Positions 53,070 to 60,741 of a stretch of DNA of 60,741 nt are shown one piece after another. The first letter of the stretch is position 1. Each line of letters starts with the position of its first letter. The notes beneath the pieces are model-generated. The model was not told the origin of the DNA. It did no database searches and saw only the letters and a list, made by a program, of their open reading frames with translations. This stretch comes from a virus (Duplodnaviria > Caudoviricetes). Both the position numbers and the translations under genes were made by a program. The stretch is from positions 1-60,741 of IMG/VR virus record IMGVR_UViG_3300035156_000099. One strand, 5' to 3'.

Positions 53070-53401
53070 TGGCAATGGACACAAAGGAACGGTCAGCCGT
53101 TACGAAGAAGAACCGGGCAGCACGCGGCGAAGAGGAGTTGAGGCTGTGGTGCATGCAGGGCACCCGCGACATCATCGCGGACCTGATGGAATGGTCCAGT
53201 GATACGGAGCAGGCATCGGCCATCACCAGTGCCTTGATGTACGTTCCCTCTCTAGGGCCTGAAACGGTCCGCGAAGCTTTGAAGATGCGCCACGATTTGA
53301 AGATAAAGGAATCGTGGCGCGAGGCATTCATTAATGAGTCCAGGCGAGAGCTACTGCGAAACCCGGGCGACGAGATCATCAGCCCGGTTATGCAGACGTA
53401 A
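53066..53401 (+). CDS. Hypothetical protein
   Basis: GEEELRL..GTR..LMEW. Confidence 0.7.
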   Translation: MMAMDTKERSAVTKKNRAARGEEELRLWCMQGTRDIIADLMEWSSDTEQASAITSALMYVPSLGPETVREALKMRHDLKIKESWREAFINESRRELLRNPGDEIISPVMQT

Positions 53402-53432
53402 CACACCGGCGTGGATGTCATTCACGCGTAAC

Positions 53433-53636
53433 TTACTGGATCACCGGTAGCGCATCAGCCGCCACCTCGATCGCCAAAATCGCCTGAGCCACATCCTCTG
53501 CTTCGTATAGCCGCTGGTCCAGCAACGACTCCATCGCCAGTTCCGTTAGCTCGTCGATGTCCACGCAGCACTCCTGCGCGGCAGCCAGCACCGCCCTCAG
53601 CGCCATCCGCAAAACCTTTTCTCTGTCTTCGCTCAT
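53433..53636 (-). CDS. Small acidic moron protein, antisense to the operon
   Basis: MSEDREKVLRMALRAVL...; AGGGA RBS. Confidence 0.65.
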   Translation of the reverse strand: MSEDREKVLRMALRAVLAAAQECCVDIDELTELAMESLLDQRLYEAEDVAQAILAIEVAADALPVIQ

Positions 53637-53709
53637 GACCGTATCCCTTCCTGTGGAGCGGTAAGCGTAGGCCATTTCCTTTGAATCACGCCACTGGCGA
53701 GGATCAGCA

Positions 53710-55419
53710 ATGCAGATCGACTACGGATCAGTCTGTTCCGGCATCGAGGCCGCGACAGCTGCCTGGCATCCGCTGGGCATGACACCGGCCTGGTTCGCCG
53801 AGATCGAGCCCTTCCCATCAGCGGTGCTGACTCACCATTACCCGCAGATTCAGAACCACGGCGACATGACTAAGCTCGCCGCCCTGGTCCTTGCCGGCAA
53901 GATCAAGGCGCCGGCGGTTCTCGTCGGCGGCACACCCTGCCAAGCGTTCAGCGTCGCCGGTATGCGGCAAGGTATGTTGGACCCGCGCGGCGCCCTCACC
54001 ATCAAATATGTGGAGCTCGCAGATGCAGTTGACCATGTTCGAACAGCCCGCGGCGATGACGAGTGTGTCGTCGTCTGGGAGAACGTCCCCGGAGTCCTTT
54101 CCGATAAGCAAAACGCCTTCGGCTGCTTTCTTGGTGCGCTTGCTGGGGAAGACTGCGAACTGCAGCCTTCAGGGAAGCGCTGGACAGACGCTGGTTGTGT
54201 GTATGGACCCAAAAGAACAATCGCGTGGCGGATCCTGGACGCCCAATATTTCGGCCTGGCCCAACGACGGCGCCGTGTGTTCGTTGTCGCAAGTGCTCGA
54301 AGAGGGTTCGATCCCATCGAGGTACTTTTTGAGCGCGAAGGCGTGCGCCGGGATACTGCGCCGCGCCGCGGTGAGGGGCAAGACGTTACCGGAACAGCTC
54401 CATTCGGCCCTGCGCTGCAGTGCGGATGCGGACACGTGTTCCCCGAAGAGCTTGGCCACTACGGCTGCATGAACTGCGAGGGTGAGGAAGGTCCGGGGGT
54501 GACCATGTTCGGCGGCATCCCCGCCTTTGGCGGGCACAACTTGGGCGGATCGGTCGAAAGATCAGCAACGCTTACCGCGAAAGACACCCGCCTTGATATG
54601 GAGAGCGAGACGTTCTTTGTCGCGCCGACACTCACAGGCGGCGGGCGTCAGTCTGGCGGCTACTCGCTGGATGACATACCGATCACAGCGCCGGCCCTTC
54701 GAGCCCAAAGCCAGAGCAGCCACAGGGCTGACTCTGAGGCGTTCATCGTCAGCGGAACACTTCAGGCAAATGGGAAAGCGGCCGGCAGCGCAACTCAACA
54801 GGACGCCGAGTCGGGCCTTCTGGTCGTACACGGTACCCAAGACCCGGATGTCCAGCGCGGGATAGCTCATCCGCTTGGCCGCAACCAGGACCAAGAGAAC
54901 GCCATCCTCGCCTTTAGCTGCAAAGATCATGGCGCCGACGCCGGATCGCTATCGCCCACCCTCCGCGCCATGAATCACAGCGGCAGTCACGCAAACGCCG
55001 GCGGCCAGGTCGCCGTTTGCATCACCGGTGACATCACCCACACGCTGAAGGCGGAAGGGTTCGACGGGAGCGAGGATAGAACCGGGCGCGGGCAGCCTAT
55101 TGTCGCGGCCTTCGCCGAGAACTCGAGGGCAGAACTCCGGTACGAAGACGGCGACGGCGGCATAACCGGCTCGCTCAGTGGCGGGGGCGGCAAGGCTGGA
55201 CAGGGAATGCCGGCCGCACAAGTCGGCGCATCGGTCCGACGCCTCACCCCCGTGGAGTGCGAGCGTCTTCAGGGCTTCCCTGACGGCTACACGCTGATCC
55301 CTTGGCGCGGAAAGCGTGCCACCGACTGCCCAGACGGCCCGCGCTACAAGGCCATCGGTAACAGCAAGGCCGTCCCGGTCGTGCGCTGGATTGGCCTGCG
55401 AATCCTCGAACAAATCTGA
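53710..55419 (+). CDS. DNA cytosine-C5 methyltransferase
   Basis: SVCSGI, GGTPCQ, ENV, QRRRR, RRLTPVECERLQGF, GNS. Confidence 0.96.
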   Translation: MQIDYGSVCSGIEAATAAWHPLGMTPAWFAEIEPFPSAVLTHHYPQIQNHGDMTKLAALVLAGKIKAPAVLVGGTPCQAFSVAGMRQGMLDPRGALTIKYVELADAVDHVRTARGDDECVVVWENVPGVLSDKQNAFGCFLGALAGEDCELQPSGKRWTDAGCVYGPKRTIAWRILDAQYFGLAQRRRRVFVVASARRGFDPIEVLFEREGVRRDTAPRRGEGQDVTGTAPFGPALQCGCGHVFPEELGHYGCMNCEGEEGPGVTMFGGIPAFGGHNLGGSVERSATLTAKDTRLDMESETFFVAPTLTGGGRQSGGYSLDDIPITAPALRAQSQSSHRADSEAFIVSGTLQANGKAAGSATQQDAESGLLVVHGTQDPDVQRGIAHPLGRNQDQENAILAFSCKDHGADAGSLSPTLRAMNHSGSHANAGGQVAVCITGDITHTLKAEGFDGSEDRTGRGQPIVAAFAENSRAELRYEDGDGGITGSLSGGGGKAGQGMPAAQVGASVRRLTPVECERLQGFPDGYTLIPWRGKRATDCPDGPRYKAIGNSKAVPVVRWIGLRILEQI

Positions 55420-55431
55420 CAGGACATCCCC

Positions 55432-55749
55432 ATGCAACGCATCTACCTCAGCGGGCCCATGACGGGCCTGCCCGATTACAACTACCCGGCATTCAATGCA
55501 GAGGCCGCACGCCTCCGCGCACTCGGCTACACCGTCGAGAATCCCGCCGAGAACCCGCTACCCGCCGACGCGCCCTGGCACATGTGCATGCGTGACGCGA
55601 TTCGCCAGATGCTCACATGTGACACCGTGGCCTTTCTGCCTGGCTGGCAGGTCTCGCGCGGCGCCAACGTAGAAATCGAACTGGCCGGCCATTTGAAAAT
55701 GGCTGTCATTCAAGCAAGCGGCATCGTTTCGCCGCAGGAGGGGTTATGA
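55432..55749 (+). CDS. DUF4406 (nucleoside deoxyribosyltransferase-like) protein
   Basis: IYLSGPMTG..N..AF, NPA, LPGW..S.GA..E. Confidence 0.88.
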   Translation: MQRIYLSGPMTGLPDYNYPAFNAEAARLRALGYTVENPAENPLPADAPWHMCMRDAIRQMLTCDTVAFLPGWQVSRGANVEIELAGHLKMAVIQASGIVSPQEGL

Positions 55750-56291
55750 ACTTGAGCATCAAACGATACTCCGCAGCGGAGGTTCCGGAAGCTGGCCGGC
55801 CGGGATTCTGGGTGCATGCGGGGGACTTCAACCAGGCGCTGGAGCTGGCAGCCAATCGAGAGGCCGCCCTACAGCAGCGCTTGAATGCTGCTGACCAGCG
55901 GGTTGACGATCTGCAATCCGGGCTGACCAAGGCGCGGGACATGGTCCGCTGGTTCTACACTCACGCCAACGTCCATCAAGTCGGTACCGCGATGATGGAT
56001 GCGGCAAGGGAATTCCTCGCCGTCCCTGCCGATGATGTCCGCGCAGTGGCGGAGGAGCCGGTGGCGTGGATCAAGCCTAATGTCTCAGAAACTTTGAGAA
56101 AGGATGAGTGCTGCTATGCATTCGGCAGCAATTCGCCTAAGGGTAATCTAATACCGCTATACCGCCACCCGCAGCGCCCGGTCGTGTTGCCGGAGCGCAT
56201 ACAGTGGTTTGACGACAACAGTGAGCAGCGCAAAGCAGAAATAGACGGCTACAACGCCTGCCTCGACGACATCGCCCGCCTCAACAAGTAA
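55746..56291 (+). CDS. Mosaic phage protein
   Basis: ALQQRLNAADQ, EPVAW, PLY, GYNACLD. Confidence 0.75.
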   Translation: MNLSIKRYSAAEVPEAGRPGFWVHAGDFNQALELAANREAALQQRLNAADQRVDDLQSGLTKARDMVRWFYTHANVHQVGTAMMDAAREFLAVPADDVRAVAEEPVAWIKPNVSETLRKDECCYAFGSNSPKGNLIPLYRHPQRPVVLPERIQWFDDNSEQRKAEIDGYNACLDDIARLNK

Positions 56292-56355
56292 CCCGCCGCC
56301 CGTTCGGCCCCACCCTATCCCTATTGCCTGCTGCGTATGCGGCGAGGAATTCTGC

Positions 56356-56553
56356 ATGTCGAAAAAAGAGGAAGTGCTCACCGTCCACGAGTGGGATGCG
56401 ATCGTCAGGGGTCGCGCGGTACCGGCCGATCTGTTCGTTGGCGAGTCGGTCGACCATTACGTGCACCGTAAGTTCGGCAAGCTGCTCGATCAGCGCGACA
56501 AGCTGCAGCGCAACCTGGACGAATGCAATGCGGCGCTGGAGGGGATGATATGA
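56356..56553 (+). CDS. Hypothetical protein
   Basis: GAGG RBS. Confidence 0.6.
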   Translation: MSKKEEVLTVHEWDAIVRGRAVPADLFVGESVDHYVHRKFGKLLDQRDKLQRNLDECNAALEGMI

Positions 56554-56689
56554 CGCACCTCGTTTTCTTCCCGGCCCAGTACGGCACCCCTGACCGCTGG
56601 ATGCCCTGCACTGTCGATGCCTTCGGCGTCTGGCGCTGCAATGGGATGTACATGCCGGCGCCAGCCGCAGATCGGATTAAGGAGGCCGC

Positions 56690-56887
56690 ATGAGACTCAT
56701 CTACTGGCTCAACCGACGGTTACCGTTTGGCTTCCTGCCGATCGCGCGCATCACCATTGGGCGCGAGTCAGCAACCTTGCGCAAAGACGGTTGGGTGATC
56801 ATCAGCGACGGCAAGAGCACCGACGCACTGCCCATAAACTTCTGCGCCCCTTCGATCATCGAAGCATTCAACGCCGAATTCGCTTAA
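56690..56887 (+). CDS. Hypothetical protein
   Basis: AAGGAGG RBS. Confidence 0.6.
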   Translation: MRLIYWLNRRLPFGFLPIARITIGRESATLRKDGWVIISDGKSTDALPINFCAPSIIEAFNAEFA

Positions 56888-56941
56888 CCCCTTCCCCATC
56901 TATCCACATGCCTGCCGGTGTACGGCGGGCGGAGCTTTGTC

Positions 56942-57439
56942 ATGACCAATGCTGCAACGATTCTCGACCCCTGCTGCGGAAGCCGGATGTTCTGGTTCGA
57001 CAAGCAGGATCAGCGCGCACTGTTTGGCGATATCCGCGATGAGGAGCATGTGCTGTGTGATGGTCGTGTGCTGAAGGTCGAACCCAACGTGATCATGGAC
57101 TTCCGCACGCTTCCATTCGAAGACGGCTCTTTCAAGCTGGTGGTTTTCGATCCGCCGCACCTGAAGCACGCCGGGGTTGATAGTTGGCTACGTGCGAAAT
57201 ACGGCGTGCTGACGAATGACTGGCGCGACGACATCAGGAAGGGATTTGCCGAATGCTTTCGGGTGCTGGCCAACGAGGGGGTTTTGATCTTCAAGTGGGC
57301 AGAAGACCAGATCAAGGTCAGCGAGCTGCTGGTCCTTACCGATCAGAAACCACTGTTCGGCCACAAATCCGGGAAGCGGGAGAAGACGCACTGGATCACT
57401 TTCATGAAACACAGCTCTCAATCACTCAACCCCGCATAG
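56942..57439 (+). CDS. SAM-dependent (N6A/N4C-type) methyltransferase
   Basis: ILDPCCGSRMFW, VVFDPPH, FRVL. Confidence 0.9.
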   Translation: MTNAATILDPCCGSRMFWFDKQDQRALFGDIRDEEHVLCDGRVLKVEPNVIMDFRTLPFEDGSFKLVVFDPPHLKHAGVDSWLRAKYGVLTNDWRDDIRKGFAECFRVLANEGVLIFKWAEDQIKVSELLVLTDQKPLFGHKSGKREKTHWITFMKHSSQSLNPA

Positions 57440-57461
57440 ACCCCGGACGGAGGTAGCCAAA

Positions 57462-58382
57462 ATGAACGACAAGATAGATTTATGGACTCAGGAAGGCTTT
57501 GAAGACTCAGTAGCTCGCGCGCTGTTAACTTGTTTTGAGTCTAAGATAAAGAAATCGAAAGGAGCAGGACCCAACACTTTAAATAGTGAAAGGATGCAAG
57601 TGATCAGAAATGCTGGCATATATATACCTGGCAATGACCGTCTTGTGATAGCACCTGAAAGTGGCGTGGAAGGAAGCTGGGAATTTGACACTGGAAATGA
57701 TCCGCTTCCTTTATCTGGATGTATCGGAATGCCAATAAATAGAATCTCATCTAAAAATGAGTATGGCGGATTTTTCCAAACTATTTACTTCCAAAGACGA
57801 CAAGAGCTGGCTAAGAATTGGTATCGCCAATCCGGCGGACAAATATATGAAATGCTACACGCCTTTTCTGAAAATGAGTACATAACCGGGGAGCGCTCCT
57901 TTTTTACCGTAAACTCGTCAGGAAAGGTATCTGCCTGCCGACTTATGGTGCCTGATAGAAATAATTCGATGTTTGGCCAAAAGACAGAAATGCTTTTCGA
58001 GCCATCTAAAACTCTCAAACAGCAGGAGGCATTCGCCTCTGTAGCGCTTCAGTTTCACGCTGATAGCAGATATTGCTGGCAGATAGAGGCCAGAGAACAT
58101 AAACAATATGCTCGGCTAGGATGTATTGATGAACAGGTAAAGTCATTGCTCTATGCCCGAAGCCTTCCGATGACAGATACAGGTCGGAAGCGTCCTATTC
58201 TTCACCTTGTCGAGGCTCACAAACGTCGACTCAGAAATGGTACCGATATCGACATATCAAAGTCTTTGCGTGGAATAGACGTTATAGAAATGGGCGGAAC
58301 TCAGTTTGTGGTTAATCCACCAAAAGTAGTAGCGCCAGAGCTGAGCAAGCCTAGTAGAAAGCGTTTTTTTCCTACCGAATAA
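57462..58382 (+). CDS. AT-rich hypothetical protein
   Basis: 306 aa, GGAGG RBS, C-terminal HLVEAHKRR..LRG. Confidence 0.75.
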   Translation: MNDKIDLWTQEGFEDSVARALLTCFESKIKKSKGAGPNTLNSERMQVIRNAGIYIPGNDRLVIAPESGVEGSWEFDTGNDPLPLSGCIGMPINRISSKNEYGGFFQTIYFQRRQELAKNWYRQSGGQIYEMLHAFSENEYITGERSFFTVNSSGKVSACRLMVPDRNNSMFGQKTEMLFEPSKTLKQQEAFASVALQFHADSRYCWQIEAREHKQYARLGCIDEQVKSLLYARSLPMTDTGRKRPILHLVEAHKRRLRNGTDIDISKSLRGIDVIEMGGTQFVVNPPKVVAPELSKPSRKRFFPTE

Positions 58383-58397
58383 TGCGGAGTACTTATC

Positions 58398-58727
58398 GTG
58401 GATGTACGGCGACAGATTAATAATTTGATGAATATTCGAGAAGAGTTCGAAACAGCATGTAATAAGCATGCGGTCGATGCTGGCTTTCCAGAGTGCGAGT
58501 ATGGATTCGAGCGCAGCAGCGAGGACGGCAACTGCTATTCAGATTCGCACACGCAGGCTGCTTGGTGGGCATGGCAGACATCGCGCGCAGCGATAATAAT
58601 TGAGCTTCCGGACTGTCAAGACGCCAAGCCCTACGCCTGCTACGAGGGCGGCTGGAATGATATGCGGGATGAGGCTGTAGATGCGATTCAGTTGGCTGGC
58701 TGCCAGGTTGGGAGGATTGAGCCGTGA
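58398..58727 (+). CDS. Phage protein (REEFE..WQTSRA family)
   Basis: Paralog of 39293-39577. Confidence 0.7.
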   Translation: MDVRRQINNLMNIREEFETACNKHAVDAGFPECEYGFERSSEDGNCYSDSHTQAAWWAWQTSRAAIIIELPDCQDAKPYACYEGGWNDMRDEAVDAIQLAGCQVGRIEP

Positions 58728-59332
58728 CGGACATTCAGAAGCTGAAAGCGCTGGCGGAGGAAGTTAGGGATACAGGGGATATGTGCGCGTTAATAGAATT
58801 TGCCAAAGCGACCAATCCGTCTGTAGTGCTTGAGCTGATAGGGCGCATATCCAAGCTGGAGTATTCACAGCAGGCCCTTACTGAGCAGTGCGAACAGCTA
58901 ATAGCGGTAAATTTCGACTATCAGTTGAATGCCCAAGCTGCCGATGAAGAAATAGCTCGGCTCGGGGCGGAAAACGCCGACTACAAAGCTGGGCAGCAAA
59001 GGTACGAAGACATCAGCGAGGCGCAGCGCAAACGAATATGGCGACTAGAGGATCGCCTTTCCAGGCGCGATGTCTGGAGCAATCCAAGGGTCGCCCCCGT
59101 TAAGCCTATTCTGTCCGAACCACATCCTCTAGAGCTGACGATGGGGCCTGGAGCAAGATCAGGATCGATTCAATGCTCTCGAAATCAATGTGATGGATGC
59201 CAAGCCGGTATCCCAGTTGTTAGAGGCATGCATCGCATGAGTGCTATAGGACGCTATCCAGACTTGATGGCGTGCACTGCGCGGCTCTATAAACCAGAGA
59301 CCGATCAAAAGCCCGGCGGAGTAGAGACATGA
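58724..59332 (+). CDS. Ead/Ea22-like protein
   Basis: DIQKLKALAE..NPSVVLELI; C-terminal NQCDGC. Confidence 0.75.
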   Translation: MTDIQKLKALAEEVRDTGDMCALIEFAKATNPSVVLELIGRISKLEYSQQALTEQCEQLIAVNFDYQLNAQAADEEIARLGAENADYKAGQQRYEDISEAQRKRIWRLEDRLSRRDVWSNPRVAPVKPILSEPHPLELTMGPGARSGSIQCSRNQCDGCQAGIPVVRGMHRMSAIGRYPDLMACTARLYKPETDQKPGGVET

Positions 59333-59580
59333 CCGAAGAAAGTGAAGTTCTGCACGTCGAAGGGCTGGCCAAGATGCTGGGCCGTACCGATGCGTCAATC
59401 AGGGAGGGGATTCGCCGGGGCGTGACATGGATACCCAAGGGTTTCAAGATGGGTGTCAGGCACTGCTGGCTGAAGGAAGATGTCCGGGAGTTTCTGCGCT
59501 CGTGCCGAGATGGCGAGAACAAGGCTCCGAAGGTAGGCAGGAAGCGGCAGGCGCCGCCACCTCTGAGGGGTGTGGCTTGA
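59329..59580 (+). CDS. xis: Excisionase / recombination directionality factor
   Basis: Winged-HTH pattern LAKMLGRT..IR..WLKEDV; convergent with int. Confidence 0.75.
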   Translation: MTEESEVLHVEGLAKMLGRTDASIREGIRRGVTWIPKGFKMGVRHCWLKEDVREFLRSCRDGENKAPKVGRKRQAPPPLRGVA

Positions 59581-59588
59581 GGATGGGA

Positions 59589-60566
59589 TTATCCCAGCTT
59601 CTCGGCCAGATCGTTCGGGCACAGATGGGTATACCGCTTGAGCATTGCCAAGGTCTTATGGCCGGTGATGCTCGCCACTTCCATAATGCTGAGACCGCGC
59701 TCGAACAGGCGGCTGGTAGCTTCGTGACGCATATCGTGAAGGCGAAGGTCTTTTATCTTCGCCGCCTCACATGCAAGAGCAAAATAGTTGCTGACGCTGT
59801 CCAATTTCAGATGAAAGTATCTGCCGCCGTCAATTGGCGTCGGCAATCCCTCCAAGAGCTCCACCGCCCGCGTTGAAAGCGGAACGGATCGGCGCTCGCC
59901 GTTCTTCGTGTCTTCGAGGAATGCAACTCTTCCCCTGACCTGATCTTTCCGCAGCATCACCAGTTCCGACCGACGCATAGCTGTTTCGACAGCAAGTTCG
60001 ATGATGATCGGCAATTCGGCATTTATTGCGCCCGCGCTTTTGAGGAGGTCCTTCAGCTCTTTTGTGCTTGGGCGCCGCTCACGCTGCTTGCTGCCCTTTG
60101 GCATTCGAATGCCGGTGCATGGGTTTTTCAGGCCTTCGATTCCCCAGTCCTTCGAAGCTACCGTATAAAGGTGGCTAATCAGCGCCAAATTTAGTCTGAC
60201 TGTGGCTGTCGACTTTCCTGCTTTGATCTCAGCATCGCGGTAAGCGGCCATGTCGCTTGATCGGATTGACGCCAGCGACCTGCGGGCATATTCCGAAGCC
60301 TGCCACTTCTTGGCTCTGACCTTCTCCTGCGCTGACCCCTTCTTCGAATCGCTCACCTTAGCCACATACCGATCTAGGGCATCGGTGAGTGTTGTGCTTT
60401 CCGCCTTGCGGGTGTCAACAAATCGCGAGCGTGACATATCGCCCTCGATCTCGGCTGCCCATCGCTGAGCTTCCGCCTTTGTGTCGAAGGTAGATGAAAG
60501 AGTCGGATATCCCTTGCGTCGGATCTGGGCTCGCCAGGCGTCGCCGCGTTTTTCGTAGTAGGCCAT
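59589..60566 (-). CDS. int: Tyrosine integrase
   Basis: TAMRRSEL, TKNG, HDMRH, TGH, RY catalytic set; adjacent to att. Confidence 0.97.
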   Translation of the reverse strand: MAYYEKRGDAWRAQIRRKGYPTLSSTFDTKAEAQRWAAEIEGDMSRSRFVDTRKAESTTLTDALDRYVAKVSDSKKGSAQEKVRAKKWQASEYARRSLASIRSSDMAAYRDAEIKAGKSTATVRLNLALISHLYTVASKDWGIEGLKNPCTGIRMPKGSKQRERRPSTKELKDLLKSAGAINAELPIIIELAVETAMRRSELVMLRKDQVRGRVAFLEDTKNGERRSVPLSTRAVELLEGLPTPIDGGRYFHLKLDSVSNYFALACEAAKIKDLRLHDMRHEATSRLFERGLSIMEVASITGHKTLAMLKRYTHLCPNDLAEKLG

Positions 60567-60587
60567 TAACCGATCATAACGCGTGCT

Positions 60588-60629
60588 TGGGGGAGTGGCA
60601 CGGAGACCCGTTCCCCCATATTTCCCCCA
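60588..60629. promoter_or_regulatory. Putative integrase arm-type binding sites (right)
   Basis: TTCCCCCA at 60611 and 60622 (11-bp period), inverted-like copy at 60588. Confidence 0.65.
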
Positions 60630-60634
60630 AATAC

Positions 60635-60671
60635 AAAAAAGCCCCGAGGCGGTTAAGCGCTCGGGGCCTTT
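60635..60671 (-). terminator. Phage-supplied terminator downstream of the reconstituted tRNA
   Basis: GCCCCGAG...CTCGGGGC hairpin with a U-tract on the minus strand. Confidence 0.8.
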
Positions 60672-60675
60672 GGAT

Positions 60676-60739
60676 ATGGCGGAGAGATAGGGATTTGAAC
60701 CCTAGGTACTGTCGCCAGTACAACGGATTTCGAATCCGT
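60676..60739. repeat. att site (right)
   Basis: 64-bp exact direct repeat of 371-434. Confidence 0.97.
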
Positions 60740-60741
60740 CC
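60677..60741 (-). tRNA. tRNA-Ser(CGA), 3' portion; the 5' end lies beyond the window
   Basis: Reverse complement shows anticodon arm ACGGA-TTCGAAA-TCCGT, long variable arm GTACTG-GCGA-CAGTAC, T arm TAGGG-TTCAAAT-CCCTA, and a GCCA end. Confidence 0.92.

Larger units (their letters stand above)
371..60739. mobile_element. Complete temperate prophage (podovirus-like morphogenesis, lambdoid control region) integrated in tRNA-Ser
   Basis: Flanking 64-bp direct repeats, integrase/xis at the right end, and full head, tail, lysis, replication and immunity modules. Confidence 0.97.

Noticed and set aside
53710-57439. Restriction-modification system
   Set aside because: Both methyltransferases look like common orphan phage enzymes, and no recognisable restriction endonuclease is adjacent

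Overview
The window is almost exactly one ~60.3-kb temperate prophage, probably of Pseudomonas (inferred from gene families and GC content). It is integrated at the 3' end of a tRNA-Ser(CGA) gene, with 64-bp direct repeats at 371-434 and 60676-60739. It has a lambdoid immunity/early region (cI/cro, ERF-exonuclease-SSB, methyltransferases, xis/int) and a replication/nin region. The late region is podovirus-like: TerS/TerL, P22-like portal, N4-gp56-like capsid, ejection proteins, fibres and no tape measure. It also has a P22 immI-like arc/ant module, split lysis genes, and an Acb2-like anti-CBASS gene. The most interesting unannotated signals are: (1) a ~197-nt tRNA-shaped ncRNA ending in ACCA, with an HNH gene inserted at its 3' end; (2) a family of about nine promoters sharing a CCAGTCACA box next to the -10 element, mostly with a 16-bp spacer, in a phage with no recognisable Q; (3) four places where the displaced 3' end of a gene or RNA survives as a diverged duplicate; (4) tandem pseudoknots in the capsid leader. 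All protein calls come from motif recognition and synteny. No database searches or folding programs were run.
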